The notes under the pieces were generated by a model that had not been told where the DNA came from, ran no database searches, and saw only the letters and a program-made list of their open reading frames with translations. Positions 1 to 13,400 of a stretch of DNA of 64,000 nucleotides are shown piece by piece. How positions within the stretch are numbered: the stretch's first letter is position 1; each line of letters starts with the position of its first letter. This DNA is from Ruditapes philippinarum. Its lineage: Eukaryota. The DNA is taken from the NCBI RefSeq assembly GCF_026571515.1, contig NW_026860746.1:1-64000 (forward strand), read 5' to 3'. The position numbers were made by a program, and so were the translations under genes.

Positions 1-1338
1 AAAGATATACAAAAAAAAATCTTCAAATTGAGAACAGTTTTTATTTCTGAAGCATATTTTGCATGAATGTGACAATTTGTTGCTATTCTATGCCACACAT
101 TGTAAGTTTTAGAAATAAACAAATTATGCAAGAATGATGTTTTGATATCTTTTGTTTATTTTGCAAATCATTCTTCACCCAAACAATCATTTCTATTTGT
201 CATGTTTCTTTACTTAAATGTATAGTGCATTGAGCTGGTCAGTTGATCATCTTTTAATGGTTAGAGTAATTTTGAAACTTAAAAAAGTAATTTTGAAACC
301 TTAAAATACAACTACTTTTGATAATAAAGCTACAGAGGGTCTTACAACCTCAAACTCTGAGTATGGTCTTTCAGTGGCCAATTAGAATGATGTAAAAAAT
401 GATTTGTAAAAAAAAAACCAAAAAAACTTCCCCTCTATGATTTTTTAAGACTTCCTTAATCTTTCCATTATATTAATGCTGCTGGGTCAAAGTTTCTAAA
501 ATTGTTTTTTTTCTTTTGACAATGATGCTGCCATACTAGAAAAAAAGATGACAGTTTTAGGTCAGCAGATTACCCGTTATGTCTTTATAAGAGGGGTTTT
601 TTATGTAAAATTGAGGAAGAAAATTGCACTAATGTTGGTCTTTGTTAAGATAATGTATTTTTATGTTAATGAACAGTTTGCTTTCTTTTTTGCCATGTCA
701 TTTCTAAATGAAGTGATAAAGTTTGATTAATCATAGTAGTAAAAAATTGTTAATTTGATTGTTGTTGCTGCCATGTCAGTATTATGGGGGATTTATCCCC
801 CTAGTTTTCAATTCTCTTAAAAGAAATATAATTTTTAAGGCTAATTTTACGTGGAAATCTGTTAGATTTAACAGTATGGGCTATACAGACTGATCAGGTT
901 CTCAATTTTTGAAAAAAGATTTATTATAAATCCCTCAAATTTACAGTCGGCCAGTCTAAATTCAAATAGGAGAAGTCTGTTACACAAAGTCAAAGTGGAA
1001 ATGGTTGAGGATATAATGCATAATTGTTTCTTGTGGTAAATTGTTTATAAACAAAACCCTCTAAATCAAAATAAACTAGCTGAAAAAATGATGAATGTAG
1101 GAAACTTCAAGTGCATAGCAAGATAAGGCAAACAGGCAATTTATTGAGAAAAAGCAGACGTTACTTCAAAACAGAGTAATAATCCAGCAATTTTCAGCAG
1201 TTTTGTCTTGTTTTGACTTGAAAACAGACTGATATGCATAAGAAAGTTTACAGTGACATACATATGTTATAACTACAAAGCAGAGTGATTTTTATACAAA
1301 AGTTTACATTGACATACATATTTTTCTCCGTTTTTCAG

Positions 1339-1479
1339 ACCTTTTATACCTCCCCGTCAGAGAATCCGGTTTGATGACATCACACGGCAACAGCAACAGT
1401 ATATGGCCAAAATGAAATCAACGCCAGAAAAAAGTATCAACGGTACTCCGTCTGCTTCTCACAAACTTGGTCAAAGAAG
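1339..1479 (+). CDS. GRID2IP: Exon: end of first HN-like domain (PFIPPRQRIRFDD...LGQR)
   Basis: tttcag acceptor, ag|gtaatt donor, phase 2-2, in frame with the PDZ exon. Confidence 0.8.
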
Positions 1480-4400
1480 GTAATTCATCATTCTTAGTAA
1501 TGATTGGTATGACTGACTCAATTGATACTGTGGGTACGAATCTTGGCAGCCGGTCGCTAAATTTCCTACCATAAGACAGCTGTCAAGCTCACTGTTCAGA
1601 AGGGCGGTGATTCTACTTAATGATTATCAGAGATTCTAGCTTGCTCATGCATGCTTATAAATGCATCTCCTTCAGTGATCAAGCCTGAAACTTTTACTGT
1701 CTGGGGTCAATTTACCCTAAAACAAAAGAAAAACATAATTATTCTTTAGTGAACAAGTCTGAAACTTTTAATCAGGGTAAATAAACATGAATCTCATAGA
1801 AATATTTCCAGTTCCTACTTGTCAAAAAACCTAAGTGGACTCCCTTTAAGAGATGATAGTTTCGTAAATGACCTTTTCTCTAATTTTGACAGCATTTGTC
1901 ACTGATCTATCTTCTCAACATTGTTAATACATGTATAGATAATATTTAAAACTTCTGTATGAATAAATTGAGTGATTCATTCTTAGCTAGCATTTCCATA
2001 GAATAATTATAACATTTGGTGTCTGAGATATATTTCAAAGGGGGCGTATAAATGCCATTTATATACACTGTGGTGAACATTTAAGTATATCTTTACTCTT
2101 TAGCATAAATATAAATGTTGTTGTTGAGCATTTATAGGATGGAGAAAAACAGAATCCCTAAAGAAAGCTCAACACGGCATAATTGAAAATGATGCAGTTG
2201 ACTCTGTTCATAGACAGTACCGGAAAGTAGTTAGGATGCCCCTCAGGATTACAATGCTGAAACACTTGTAAATTGCTGAGTTTATATTATGAATACTTAT
2301 AATATGGTTGATTAAATTTTATATTATACTTAATAGGCTATTTCAAATTAAGAAAAATCGATTTTGCATGAAGGTTTCAAAGGCCTGTAAATGTGTACAA
2401 ATTTTTATGTCCACTCCCGGTATTGGGCTTCGTCCTGCTAACGTTGCCTTGTCTTGTTTATCTTTTTTCTTGTATTCTTGTTTTTCATGATTATTCTGAA
2501 ACAGATAAAGAATCCTTAAAATTTTTGGGATGTAATTCATGGAAGGGCACATGAGGTTCCCGCATATCCTGTAGCAAAGCTTGAATGGTCCCATATGACC
2601 ACAACAATATACATGTAACTAAAATCCCAACTTAAGGGGTCCATACTCTCAGTGCCTGAAAGGGCAGATGGACCTTTATAAGCATAGTATAAACAAAAAT
2701 AACTGTATTAAGAATTATTGTATTCATTGGTGACTTTGGACAATTTATTTCAGATGAAAATAATATAACTTGTTAACAGTCAGGGATATTTGATTTCCCT
2801 GACAAGATAGAAGCTTTGGGTCGATCAATAAATCAATTTGTAAACCTCTTGACATGCTTTTCGCTTAGAGATACTTTTAATTGATGAAAGCTGTTTTGTT
2901 ATTAATCTAATTGCAAGTTTAAGAGAAGTCGATTTTGTCAGGCTGTGATGCCATGTTATCTTTTATACAGGGCAAATTTGTGAAAAGTAAGCCGCAAAAA
3001 ATACAAAAAAATAATCGCCAAAGAAGTTTTGCATTGTAGCAATGAATGATGAATTATTTTTACAAAGAATTTAAAGGGACTCCACTGAGGTTTTTTGATT
3101 TGACGGTACTTGAAATATTTTTTCAAGATAATAATATTCAGTTTCATGTAGATAGTGCAAATTTTTTTATATTATTCAAACCTTCTGAAAAATGAGCCAA
3201 AATTGAAAAGTGTTTTTCACTTAATCAAATAAATAAGAGCACAAAAATTGATTTTTATTTTACTTCTGAGAATATTTCTTAATTATCTTCTGCATTATCT
3301 TTCTGTTTAAGTACCCTAGCTGTTCTATGTGAAAAATTCAGATTTTATGTTTTTAGGCTTTTGGACGTCAGTGGAGTTCCTTTAAGGTAATAGGGGAATG
3401 ATTATAACAGTATTGTTGACTGAAGGAGAAGCAAGATCTGATAATTATCCTCATGATTAATGGGAAATCATTTTGTGATTTTACAAGATCTTTGCTTCTT
3501 TCATGTTTGTTCACTTTTATCTTATTTGACAAGAAAAATTACCCTTGAAACTAAATACAAGATACTTTGGAACAGAAGGGTTTATGTCTTTTTGATGTGC
3601 ATGTTTGAATGTTATAATAAGATGTGAATTGTCCATGTGAATAGCCTTTTCAACATCAAAAGGTTTATGTTATTTGGGTTAGAATTAGCTGATTGATTTC
3701 TCTGGAAGTTCAGTGTGGCATAAATCTTAAATCACCAATAATGTTTGAAGTTAATGCTATGAAAACAATTTATGATGATCCTTTTGTTGCTGGTATCCAC
3801 TTTAAAGAAAGCAATAGTTTCTGTGAAAGAATTAAACTTATTTAAAGGTGTTATTTTTGTACAAAACAGATTTTCAATAAACTGTTTTATCATTCTGTGA
3901 CATCATTGGCATTGGTGTAAGACTGAAATATTGTGACAATGGTGTAAGACTAAAATGCTGTGATAATAGTGTAAGACTAAAATGTTGTGGCATTATTGTA
4001 GATTAAAATAGTCTGACAGTGATGTGAGACTGAAGTACTGTGACAAAAGTATATGCCTGAAATACTGTGACAATGATGTAAGATTGGGAGAGTGTGACAT
4101 TGATAAATGATTGATAATACCCTTACAAAAGTGTAAGACAGAAATAGTGTGATAGTGAAACATGGCTGAAATAGTGAGATTATGGTGTTAACAAAATAGT
4201 GTGACAAAAGTGTGTGACTGAAATACTGTCACAGCGATACATGACTAAAATAGTGTGACAAAAGTGTATGACTAAAATACTGTGACAAAGATGTCTGACT
4301 GAAATACCGTGACAATGATACATGCCTCATAGTGTGGTTGAACTAATGTGTGACATTGATGTTTAACTGAAATATTGTGACAATGGTTTATCAGGCTGAA

Positions 4401-7400
4401 ATATTGACAATAGTTTATGACTGTTATACTGTGACAGCAGTTTAAGACTTTAACACTATGACAGTAGTATATCAGGCTGAAATACTGTGACAATAGTTTA
4501 AGACTTTAATACTGTGACAGTAGTATATCAGGCTGAAATACTGTGACAATAGTTTAAGACTTTAATACTGTGACAGTAGTGTATCAGGCTGAAATACTGT
4601 GACAATAGTTTATGACTGTAATACTGTGACAGTAGTGTATCAGGCTGAAATACTGTGACAATAGTTTATGACTGTAATACTGTGACAGTAGTGTATCAGG
4701 CTGAAATACTGTGACAATAGTGTATGACTGTAATACTGTGATAATAGTGTATGACTGTAATACGGTGACAATAGTGTATGACTATAATACTGTGACAATA
4801 GTGTATGACTGTAATATGGTGACAAGAGTGTATGACTGTAATACTGTGACAATAGTGTATGACTGTAATACTGTGACAATAGAGTATGACTGTAATACTG
4901 TGACAATAGTGTATGACTGTAATACTGTGACAATAGAGTATGACTGTAATACTGTGACAATAGAGTATGACTGTAATACTGTGACAATAGTGTAGGACTG
5001 TAATACTGTGACAATAGTGTATGACTGTAATACTGTGACAATAGAGTATGACTGTAATACTGTGACAATAGTGTATGACTGTAATACTTTGACAATAGTG
5101 TATGACTGTAATACTGTGACAATAGAGTATGACTGTAATACTGTGACAATAGTGTATGACTGTAATACAGTGACAATAATGTATGACTGTAATACTGTGA
5201 CAATAGAGTATGACTGTAATACAGTGACAATAATGTATGACTGTAATACTGTGACAATAGAGTATGACTGTAATACTGTGACAATAGTGTATGACTGTAA
5301 TACGGTGATAAGAGTGTATGACTGTAATACTGTGACAAGAGTGTATGACTGTAATACTGTGACAATAGTGTATGACTATAATACTGTGACAATAGAGTAT
5401 GACTGTAATACTGTGACAATAGAGTATGACTGTAATACTGTGACAATAGTGTATGACTATAATACTGTGACAATAGAGTATGACTGTAATACTGTGACAA
5501 TAGTGTATGACTGTAATACTGTGACAATAGAGTATGACTGTAATACTGTGACAATAGTGTATGACTGTAATACTGTGACAATAGAGTATGACTGTAATAC
5601 TGTGACAATAGAGTATGACTGTAATACTGTGACAATAGTGTATGACTGTAATACGGTGACAATAGTGTATGACTGTAATATGGTGACAATAGTGTATGAC
5701 TGTAATACAGTGACAATAATGTATGACTGTAATACTGTGACAACAGAGTATGACTGTAATACTGTGACAATAGTGTATGACTGTAATACGGTGACAACAG
5801 TGTATGACTGTAATACAGTGACAATAATGTATGACTGTAATACTGTGACAATAGAGTATGACTGTAATACTGTGACAATAGTGTATGACTGTAATACTGT
5901 GACAATAGAGTATGACTGTAATACTGTGACAATAGAGTATGACTGTAATACTGTGACAAGAGTGTATGACTGTAATACTGTGACAATAGTGTATGACTGT
6001 AATACTGTGACAATAGTGTATGACTGTAATACTGTGACAATAGTGTATGACTGTAATACTGTGACAAGAGTGTATGACTGTAATACTGTGACAATAGTGT
6101 ATGACTGTAATACTGTGACAATAGTGTATGACTTTAATTCTGTGACAATAGTTATTGACTGTAATACTGTGATAATAGTTATTGACTGCAATACTGTGAC
6201 AATGGTTAATGACTGTAATACTGTGACAGTAGTTAAATATTGTAATACTGTGACAATAGTTTAATATTGTAATACTGTGACAATAGTTTATGACTGTAAT
6301 ACTGTGACAATAGTGTATGACTGTAATACTATGACAATAGTGTATGACTGTAATACTGTGACAATAGTGTAAGACTGTAATACTGTGACAATAGAGTATG
6401 ACTGTAATACTGTGACAATAGTGTATGACTGTAATACTGTGACAATAGTGTATGACTTTAATACTGTGACAATAGAGTATGACTGTAATACTGTGACAAT
6501 AGTGTAAGACTGTAATACTGTGACAACAATGTATGACTGTAATACTGTGACAATAGAGTATGACTGTAATACTGTGACAACAGTGTATGACTGTAATACT
6601 GTGACAATAATGTATGACTGTAATACTGTGACAATAATGTATGACTGTAATACTGTGACAATAATGTATGACTGTAATACTGTGACAATAGTGTATGACT
6701 GTAATACTATGACAAAAGTTTAAGACTGTAATACTGTGACAATAGTGTATGACTGTAATACTGTGACAATAGTGTATGACTGTAATACTGTGACAATAGT
6801 GTATGACTGTAATACTGTGACAATAGTGTATGACTGTAATACTGTGACAAAAGTTTAAGACTTTAATACTGTGACAATAGTGTATCAGATTGAAATACTG
6901 TGACAATAGTTTATGACTGTAATACTGTAATATTGGTGTGACAGTGATGTGTGAGAGGAATAATATAATGTATGGCATAATTTATTGTTACAATGATGTT
7001 GATATTGACAGAAAAGGAAAGTTCCTGGATCTCTGATTTTAAAACATTAAAAATGAGTTTGACATAATGAAAATTATGAGCATGCCTTTAGAATGACCTT
7101 TATTTGTATCAAATGTGTCTGATTTATTTTGCAGAGCTTTGCAGATTGTAAGGGAGAACAACAGTTTTGGATTTGTAATAAAGGGAAGTAACCCAGCATA
7201 CATAGAGACGGTTGATCCTAATGGAGCAGCAGAGAAAGGAGGTCTTCAACCAGGTGACTTTGTCATCAAACTGAATGGAATAGATGTGAGGTATATATAT
7301 TGTTGTAATTGTTAAAGATTCATTGAATAGTAGCTATAAACGTTTCTTTGATTTACATAAAAAAATTTGGTCTTTGGATTTACATAACTTGCCTAATGAA

Positions 7401-10400
7401 TGTAATTGTTAAATCCTATGTGGCAGAGCATTGAAGGTTGCAGGCCACAAATCCCTTGCCTCTCACTGCTATTGGTTCAAATCCCATCAGAATCTTTGGA
7501 TTATTTAAGTGAGGAAACTATCCTGCTGTCTCGCTGAAGGTCAGTGTCTGCTCTGTAAGTCCTATACCCCTAGTTAGAATTTTTTGGAATATGGTTCATA
7601 TTTGCATCTTTACAATGCAATTTGCAGAACTGACACATCCACTGTGTTGGCTCAAGGTTATATGTCATCATTGAAGGTGAAATGTCAGAATTTTCAAGAT
7701 ACTTTTCGAACACCTACAATAAATAGAGATGATAATTGTTACAAGCAATAATTCATTTAAAAGTTCAGTCAAATGGGATTATAAGGTTTTGAATTGTTTC
7801 TTTTCCTTTTCAGAAAGTGTAGTCATGCACACCTGGTGCAGTTATTACAGGATAGTGGTACAGCTCCAATTTTAGAGGTTTTACGGTGTGACCAAGAGGA
7901 ATGTAAGAATATTTAAAAAATTTGTGTAATTTAATGCACTTATATAATTATTAAGAACAATTATATTTTTTGCATATCTAGAGTCAGGGGTTTAATTAAC
8001 AATAAAGATAGTTTTGTTACTATTTGAGAATATTCTGAAGAGATAAATATCTTAGAAAAAAAGAAAAATTCCATCCAAATAAGCCATTTATAAAAGAACA
8101 GAAATCTCTGAAGAAAAAAAAGCTGTAAAAAACAAGAGACATTCCTGAAAAAGGCAGATATTTTCCTGGGATTAAAATTGTTCAGTGTAATATTAAATTG
8201 GCTAAAAATAATTTTCATTTAGCGAAACAAGAATTGCTATTTAGTTCCATCATATCATGAATAATGTAATGTGATGTTGTTACATTCGACTGACTTTGTT
8301 GCTTTCAAATTACATTTGCCTGGAATTGGATGAACAACATTCATTTCCTGTCTCTAGACATGTTATTGTAATGCAATATGTGAACTTATATAGTGAGTGC
8401 AAGCAATTAAGTCTAGGATCTAGATATCTCTATCACAGTGATACCGATAGGTTGTTTTTGTATTTTCTGATCGCAAGATCAGTAAATACATAGCTAACAT
8501 CCACGGTCTAACACAAATTTTCCTAACAGACCTAACAACGCAAAGTAGTTCTCACTCAGAACTGCTTAAAAACCAGCAATTTTAAAAGAATAATTTTTAA
8601 TGTATGCATTTAACGAATTACAGTGCATTAAAAGTTTAGAGTAGTCAATAGAAATATGAGGTTACAATCACACATTTTGCGGATGAATATCTTTTTTACC
8701 CAATGAAAAATGTTTGGCTATTTCCGTAAAGCTTAATCAATGAAAATGCTATTTTTAGCTATGTCGATTACCGAATACTCCAGAGCGTAGTACATGTACA
8801 CATAAATCTGACTGTCGAGTAGTGGCATATATACATGTCGTACTGTTTTGGCGAGAAGATTTTCGCTAAATTATTTTCATCCGTGTTAAACAACAGGTTT
8901 ATAGTGAAGAAAATACCTCGAAATTAGTAAGGATTACAAACACGGAATGGAAATTCTCAATTTAGAATTACAATGTATTTGTTATTATTCAAGCTACATA
9001 TGTATTACTTCACCGTGGTGCAGAGGTAGCGCGCTCGTTTAGGGTGTGACAGGCCCAAGGTTCAAACCCTAGTCGAGGGCAACTTTTTTTTTTGAAGTGC
9101 CTTTTTTAAGGAAGTAGCCGATAAAGTATGGTTGCATAAAAAATGAAAATGATTTTTTGATGCAACTCTAGTCATGCAAAATTCCATATGTATCAATCTC
9201 AAACTGTTACAGACGCAGTCGCTGCGTAAGATTAATTATAGTATATAAAATAAACTTATATAGGAAAATACATACAGATAGTCAGTATGATTTAGATTGC
9301 AAAGATCAGAAAATACCACAGAGGTTGCAGCCCTTTGATTTTTATGAGTTTTAGAGTTTGTTGTTTGATTTTGAGATGACAATGACCTTTGGTGAAGGTT
9401 ATTCACCAGTCAGTTGTAACCCAATCCTACCAAATGAAGCCATTTTTTGGCCCATTATCGTAGAATTTTCGGTATCGATCCATAGTATGTACTTTAGTCA
9501 TCAGATTTGTAGAAAATACAGACAAATGGTAGAAGTAAACAGATTGAAATCTAGCCCAACCTTGATAATACTAAAAAACATCATGGTCCCAGATGATTAC
9601 TCATTCTTTAGTGTAGCAATGGATTGTAATAATCTCGGTAATATCATAAAATACAATTAAAATTGAGGCTAATAGATCACTATCTATGGCATTGTCTGCC
9701 CCCATGAAGAAATAAAGAAATAAGAATAGGGGGGGGGGGGCATCTAACTGTAAACTAAACAAAAGAGAACAATGAGGTTTAATATTCTGTTACAATAAAG
9801 TAAGGGGCCTAGCCTCTATCAAACAAAAGAAAATAACGAAAGAAATGGCCCCTTATTTAAATTCAGCTAGATGTCCATCTGTATGTCTGAAGACAATATT
9901 GGTTTCTGCAGGATAACTTTTGAATGATTGTGTTTATGCCTGGCGTGTATGTATGTTATACCAAAAGACAGGTTAAGTTCAATTTTGGATGCAATCAACT
10001 TCAATTAACTAATATCTAAATCTGTTTTTCAGATCCATACAGCTCTGGGGCCCAAGGTTCAAATTCTTCCGCATCATCAACTTCGAGCCATGCCGAGTCA
10101 GACTGGACAACACAAGATAATAAACTTATAGTTGACAAGGAAGGGAGGACGTACCTTGAAAGAGTAAGGTCCCAAAATAACTTATCGTGGATGGCAATTT
10201 TAAAATCTTAACTTACAACAGATTTTTGGGTTTCTGATAAAATGTAAAAAAATTTTAAACATATCTTTTCAAATTTTGCATTCTAAGGTCTGTGTGAAAG
10301 CCTACTTAAAGTTCACAAATTTGCCCCAATCAAACTGATTATCATTAAAAGATTAAGTGCTACAGTGCCTACCAGTCCAAGTGGTTTAGGTTGTTGACTT

Positions 10401-13400
10401 CAAATCACTTGTCTCTCACCTCTGTGGGTTCAAATCCTGTCAGAAACATCGGATTTAAACTTACGGAAGGTCAGTGGTCCTAAAGGTGTCTGCCTGAAAT
10501 CAGGATTACCTAAGGTCCTCATCCACCATCATGAAGCTGGTACATATATTCACATTTTCTCTGTCTGTGTGACATTAAATTCATCAAAAGTAAAACAAAA
10601 ATGATAGCTTGGACAATTTTAAGCATGTCACAGAAGCACTGAAAATCTTTATAATGTTCCTTAATTCACAGGTGGTAGGGGGGACATAAGATATTTTTAG
10701 TTTTCTGTATTTAATTGTCACAAAAAAGTCTTTCCACCTAAATAACAGCCTTCAGACTTCACAGATTTTATATTATTACCCTTCCAGATTTTTTCCGCCT
10801 TTTTGATTGGATATTGATCACCCGAAAGAAATTGATATAACCGAGCCAGACGGGTAATATACACACTAAATTTCCCCGTTGGGTACCCAACGTTGTAAAC
10901 GACATGCGCTGAGGTGATGCGCGTACGGTTCGATTTTACGCGGTGTAAATTCCGATTTACAAGCACTTTTTAACTGTCAAATGATAAATATTTACCAAAG
11001 TAGAGTAATGATACAAATTCCCATCAGTATTGAAAACAAATATGACCTTGTGAAAGCTTGATATTAATTACAAAAAAGTGCTTTCAATAGACTACTCCTT
11101 TTCTCTTGTTTACATTCGTTAGGTACGGGAAAATACGTCATGTATTTATGTGACGTCATGTTGTGATGAAGAGGTACCCTAAAGGGAATCTTATTTCGAC
11201 GTTTCATTTGAAACAGCAATGATTTTTTTAAAAAATCGTCTAAACTCGGCAGGGGAAGGGTAATAAAATTATTATTTTGGTTTTGGAGTGATATATGTGG
11301 ATATATTACCTGCCAAGATAAAATATCACCCTCGCCTAACGGCTCGGGTGATATAAAATCTTAGCAGGTAATATATCCACATATATCACTCCAAAACCAA
11401 AATAACATATAATATTTACCTACCAACACACTTAGAGATCACAAGGTCGAAGGTCAAGGTAGTGCTTGTTTTATATTGATCTTTATATGTTTCTTCAAAT
11501 GTGTTGAGTAGGGCATTTTAGGATTTGAAAACCATTCCAATTTATTTCAGATCTAACAATCAAATGCTGCAAGATTTTAGAACCTTTCTTATTTTTTAGA
11601 TTTAAAAAAAAGAAGCTGATAGTGTAACAAAATCTTGTAGATCTATTTAAGCCCTGCATTATCAGAGTTTAACAGGACTTAACAAATTTTTTATAGTGCT
11701 ATATGTTTATGAGCACAAAAATGTCATCAAAAATCAACAAGCAAGACTAATGAGTAATTTTTTGCAGGCAGAATTTTTGCTAACCACTAAGGAAAGGTCA
11801 AAGGTCAAGAAAGCATGGATAGAGTATGAAAGCACTAGGTAAGAAAAAAAAATCTTATAATATATCTAGTAATCTTTTATAATACGCCAAGTTTATAAAG
11901 TGCTATTTTCAAGCATATGTACCCTGTTAATTCTGTACAAATTAAAGAAATTTTTATATGGATTTGCCCAGCTTTGAATTTGAAACAGTTCATTCACCAT
12001 GAGTTTAAGGGATTTCAATATTAAAGTACAAATTTTTAGCTACCAACAGTATAGAGCTTGGTCAGACTGCTTGGATGTGCAGGCATCAGTCTGTACAGTC
12101 AGACCTGGGGTTTTAGCGGTGACAAAGACTAATCACTTTCAGTTCCAGCAGGTTAAGGGTTAAATAAATCTCTTTTTCATTTCAGTAACATAGTGGAGTT
12201 GTTTGAATCTGTTTCTGCTGTCCTGGACACGCCCTCCAAGAAGACATTATGGATGTTTATCTTGGCAAGACTTTCACCACCTCATCAACAGTATTGTATT
12301 AACCAAATTTCCCTGCCTAGAGACATTCTGTTAGGTAAGGTCCAAATTATCCTTTCTTAAAGTTATTTTGGGCTTTACAAATTCTTTTATTCCTCAGTGA
12401 CATTTTGATAGTCTTATATTGGGGTGTCCATGGCTGAATTGTTAAGGTTGTTGATTTAGAACTACATGTACTTGTCCCTCACTGCAGTGGGTTTGAATCC
12501 CACCAGAGACTTTGGATTCTTTCATATGAAAAATTTATTGCATTAGCTTACAGAATGTCAGTGTTTCTACTTGTATGCTCACTCATTCCTGAAATAAAGC
12601 ACAGAGGGGCAACTGAGGGGCACCAGTTTAGCTGAAAAGTGGCCATATGAGACAAACAAATGGATTGATAATGTATAATTCTTTGAGATGATAGGTTCAG
12701 TCTTACATTTGGCTAGCTATATAAATAATACATAAGGAATAATAGGCTTCCTTGACAGAGTAGTTCGGTTCATTGGAATGCCATTCACTGCTGTTGGTTT
12801 AACTCCCACAATGGAGGCTGATTTTTTTGTGTGAGGAAGCTAACCAGTGCCAGCTAACTTAAGGTTTGAGGATCTATTCAAGTGTCTGCTTTAGTCTGAA
12901 AAAAATCTGAGGTCTCTTCCTTATCATTAATAGTGATCAGTTACCACAGAGTTATATATTTAAACCAACCAAGACAGAAAATAGAAAAATACCTTTGTTG
13001 AAAGCAATTTAAAATAAGTGTCTACATAATTATTATTTTCCATATAGGTGTTTATTAAAAAATCACTCATACATATGCTTGAACAGATCAAAAAAGGTTA
13101 AATTGAGATATAGTAGTAATGTTTTTTGTACAAGCAAATTTACAGCAATAAAATGATAGTTTAAGAATACCTGTTGCAATAGTAGATTATTATATCAGTA
13201 ATAACCACTGTTTAAGTTAGAAGCTGCTGTTTATAAAACATGTACATCTGTTTGATATTTTTAGACAAAAGTCTCTTTTGTTTTTTTTATTTTCAGAATG
13301 CATAGAAAAAATAGAACATGGCAGAAATCACCAAAACTGGTCAGGAGATGGTAACATATGTTTTATTTTATTATTCTATTGTATAAAGTCAAAGATATAG

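Noticed and set aside
4640-6978. Long ORFs (493, 760, 418, 244 aa) with 9-aa His/Cys/Tyr repeats
   Set aside because: They result from a stop-free 27-bp unit that is open in several frames on both strands, inside an intron, with no unique flanking domain.
9009-9093. Functional tRNA genes (also 53185 and 57014)
   Set aside because: Acceptor and anticodon stems pair poorly; they are treated as tRNA-derived sequences.
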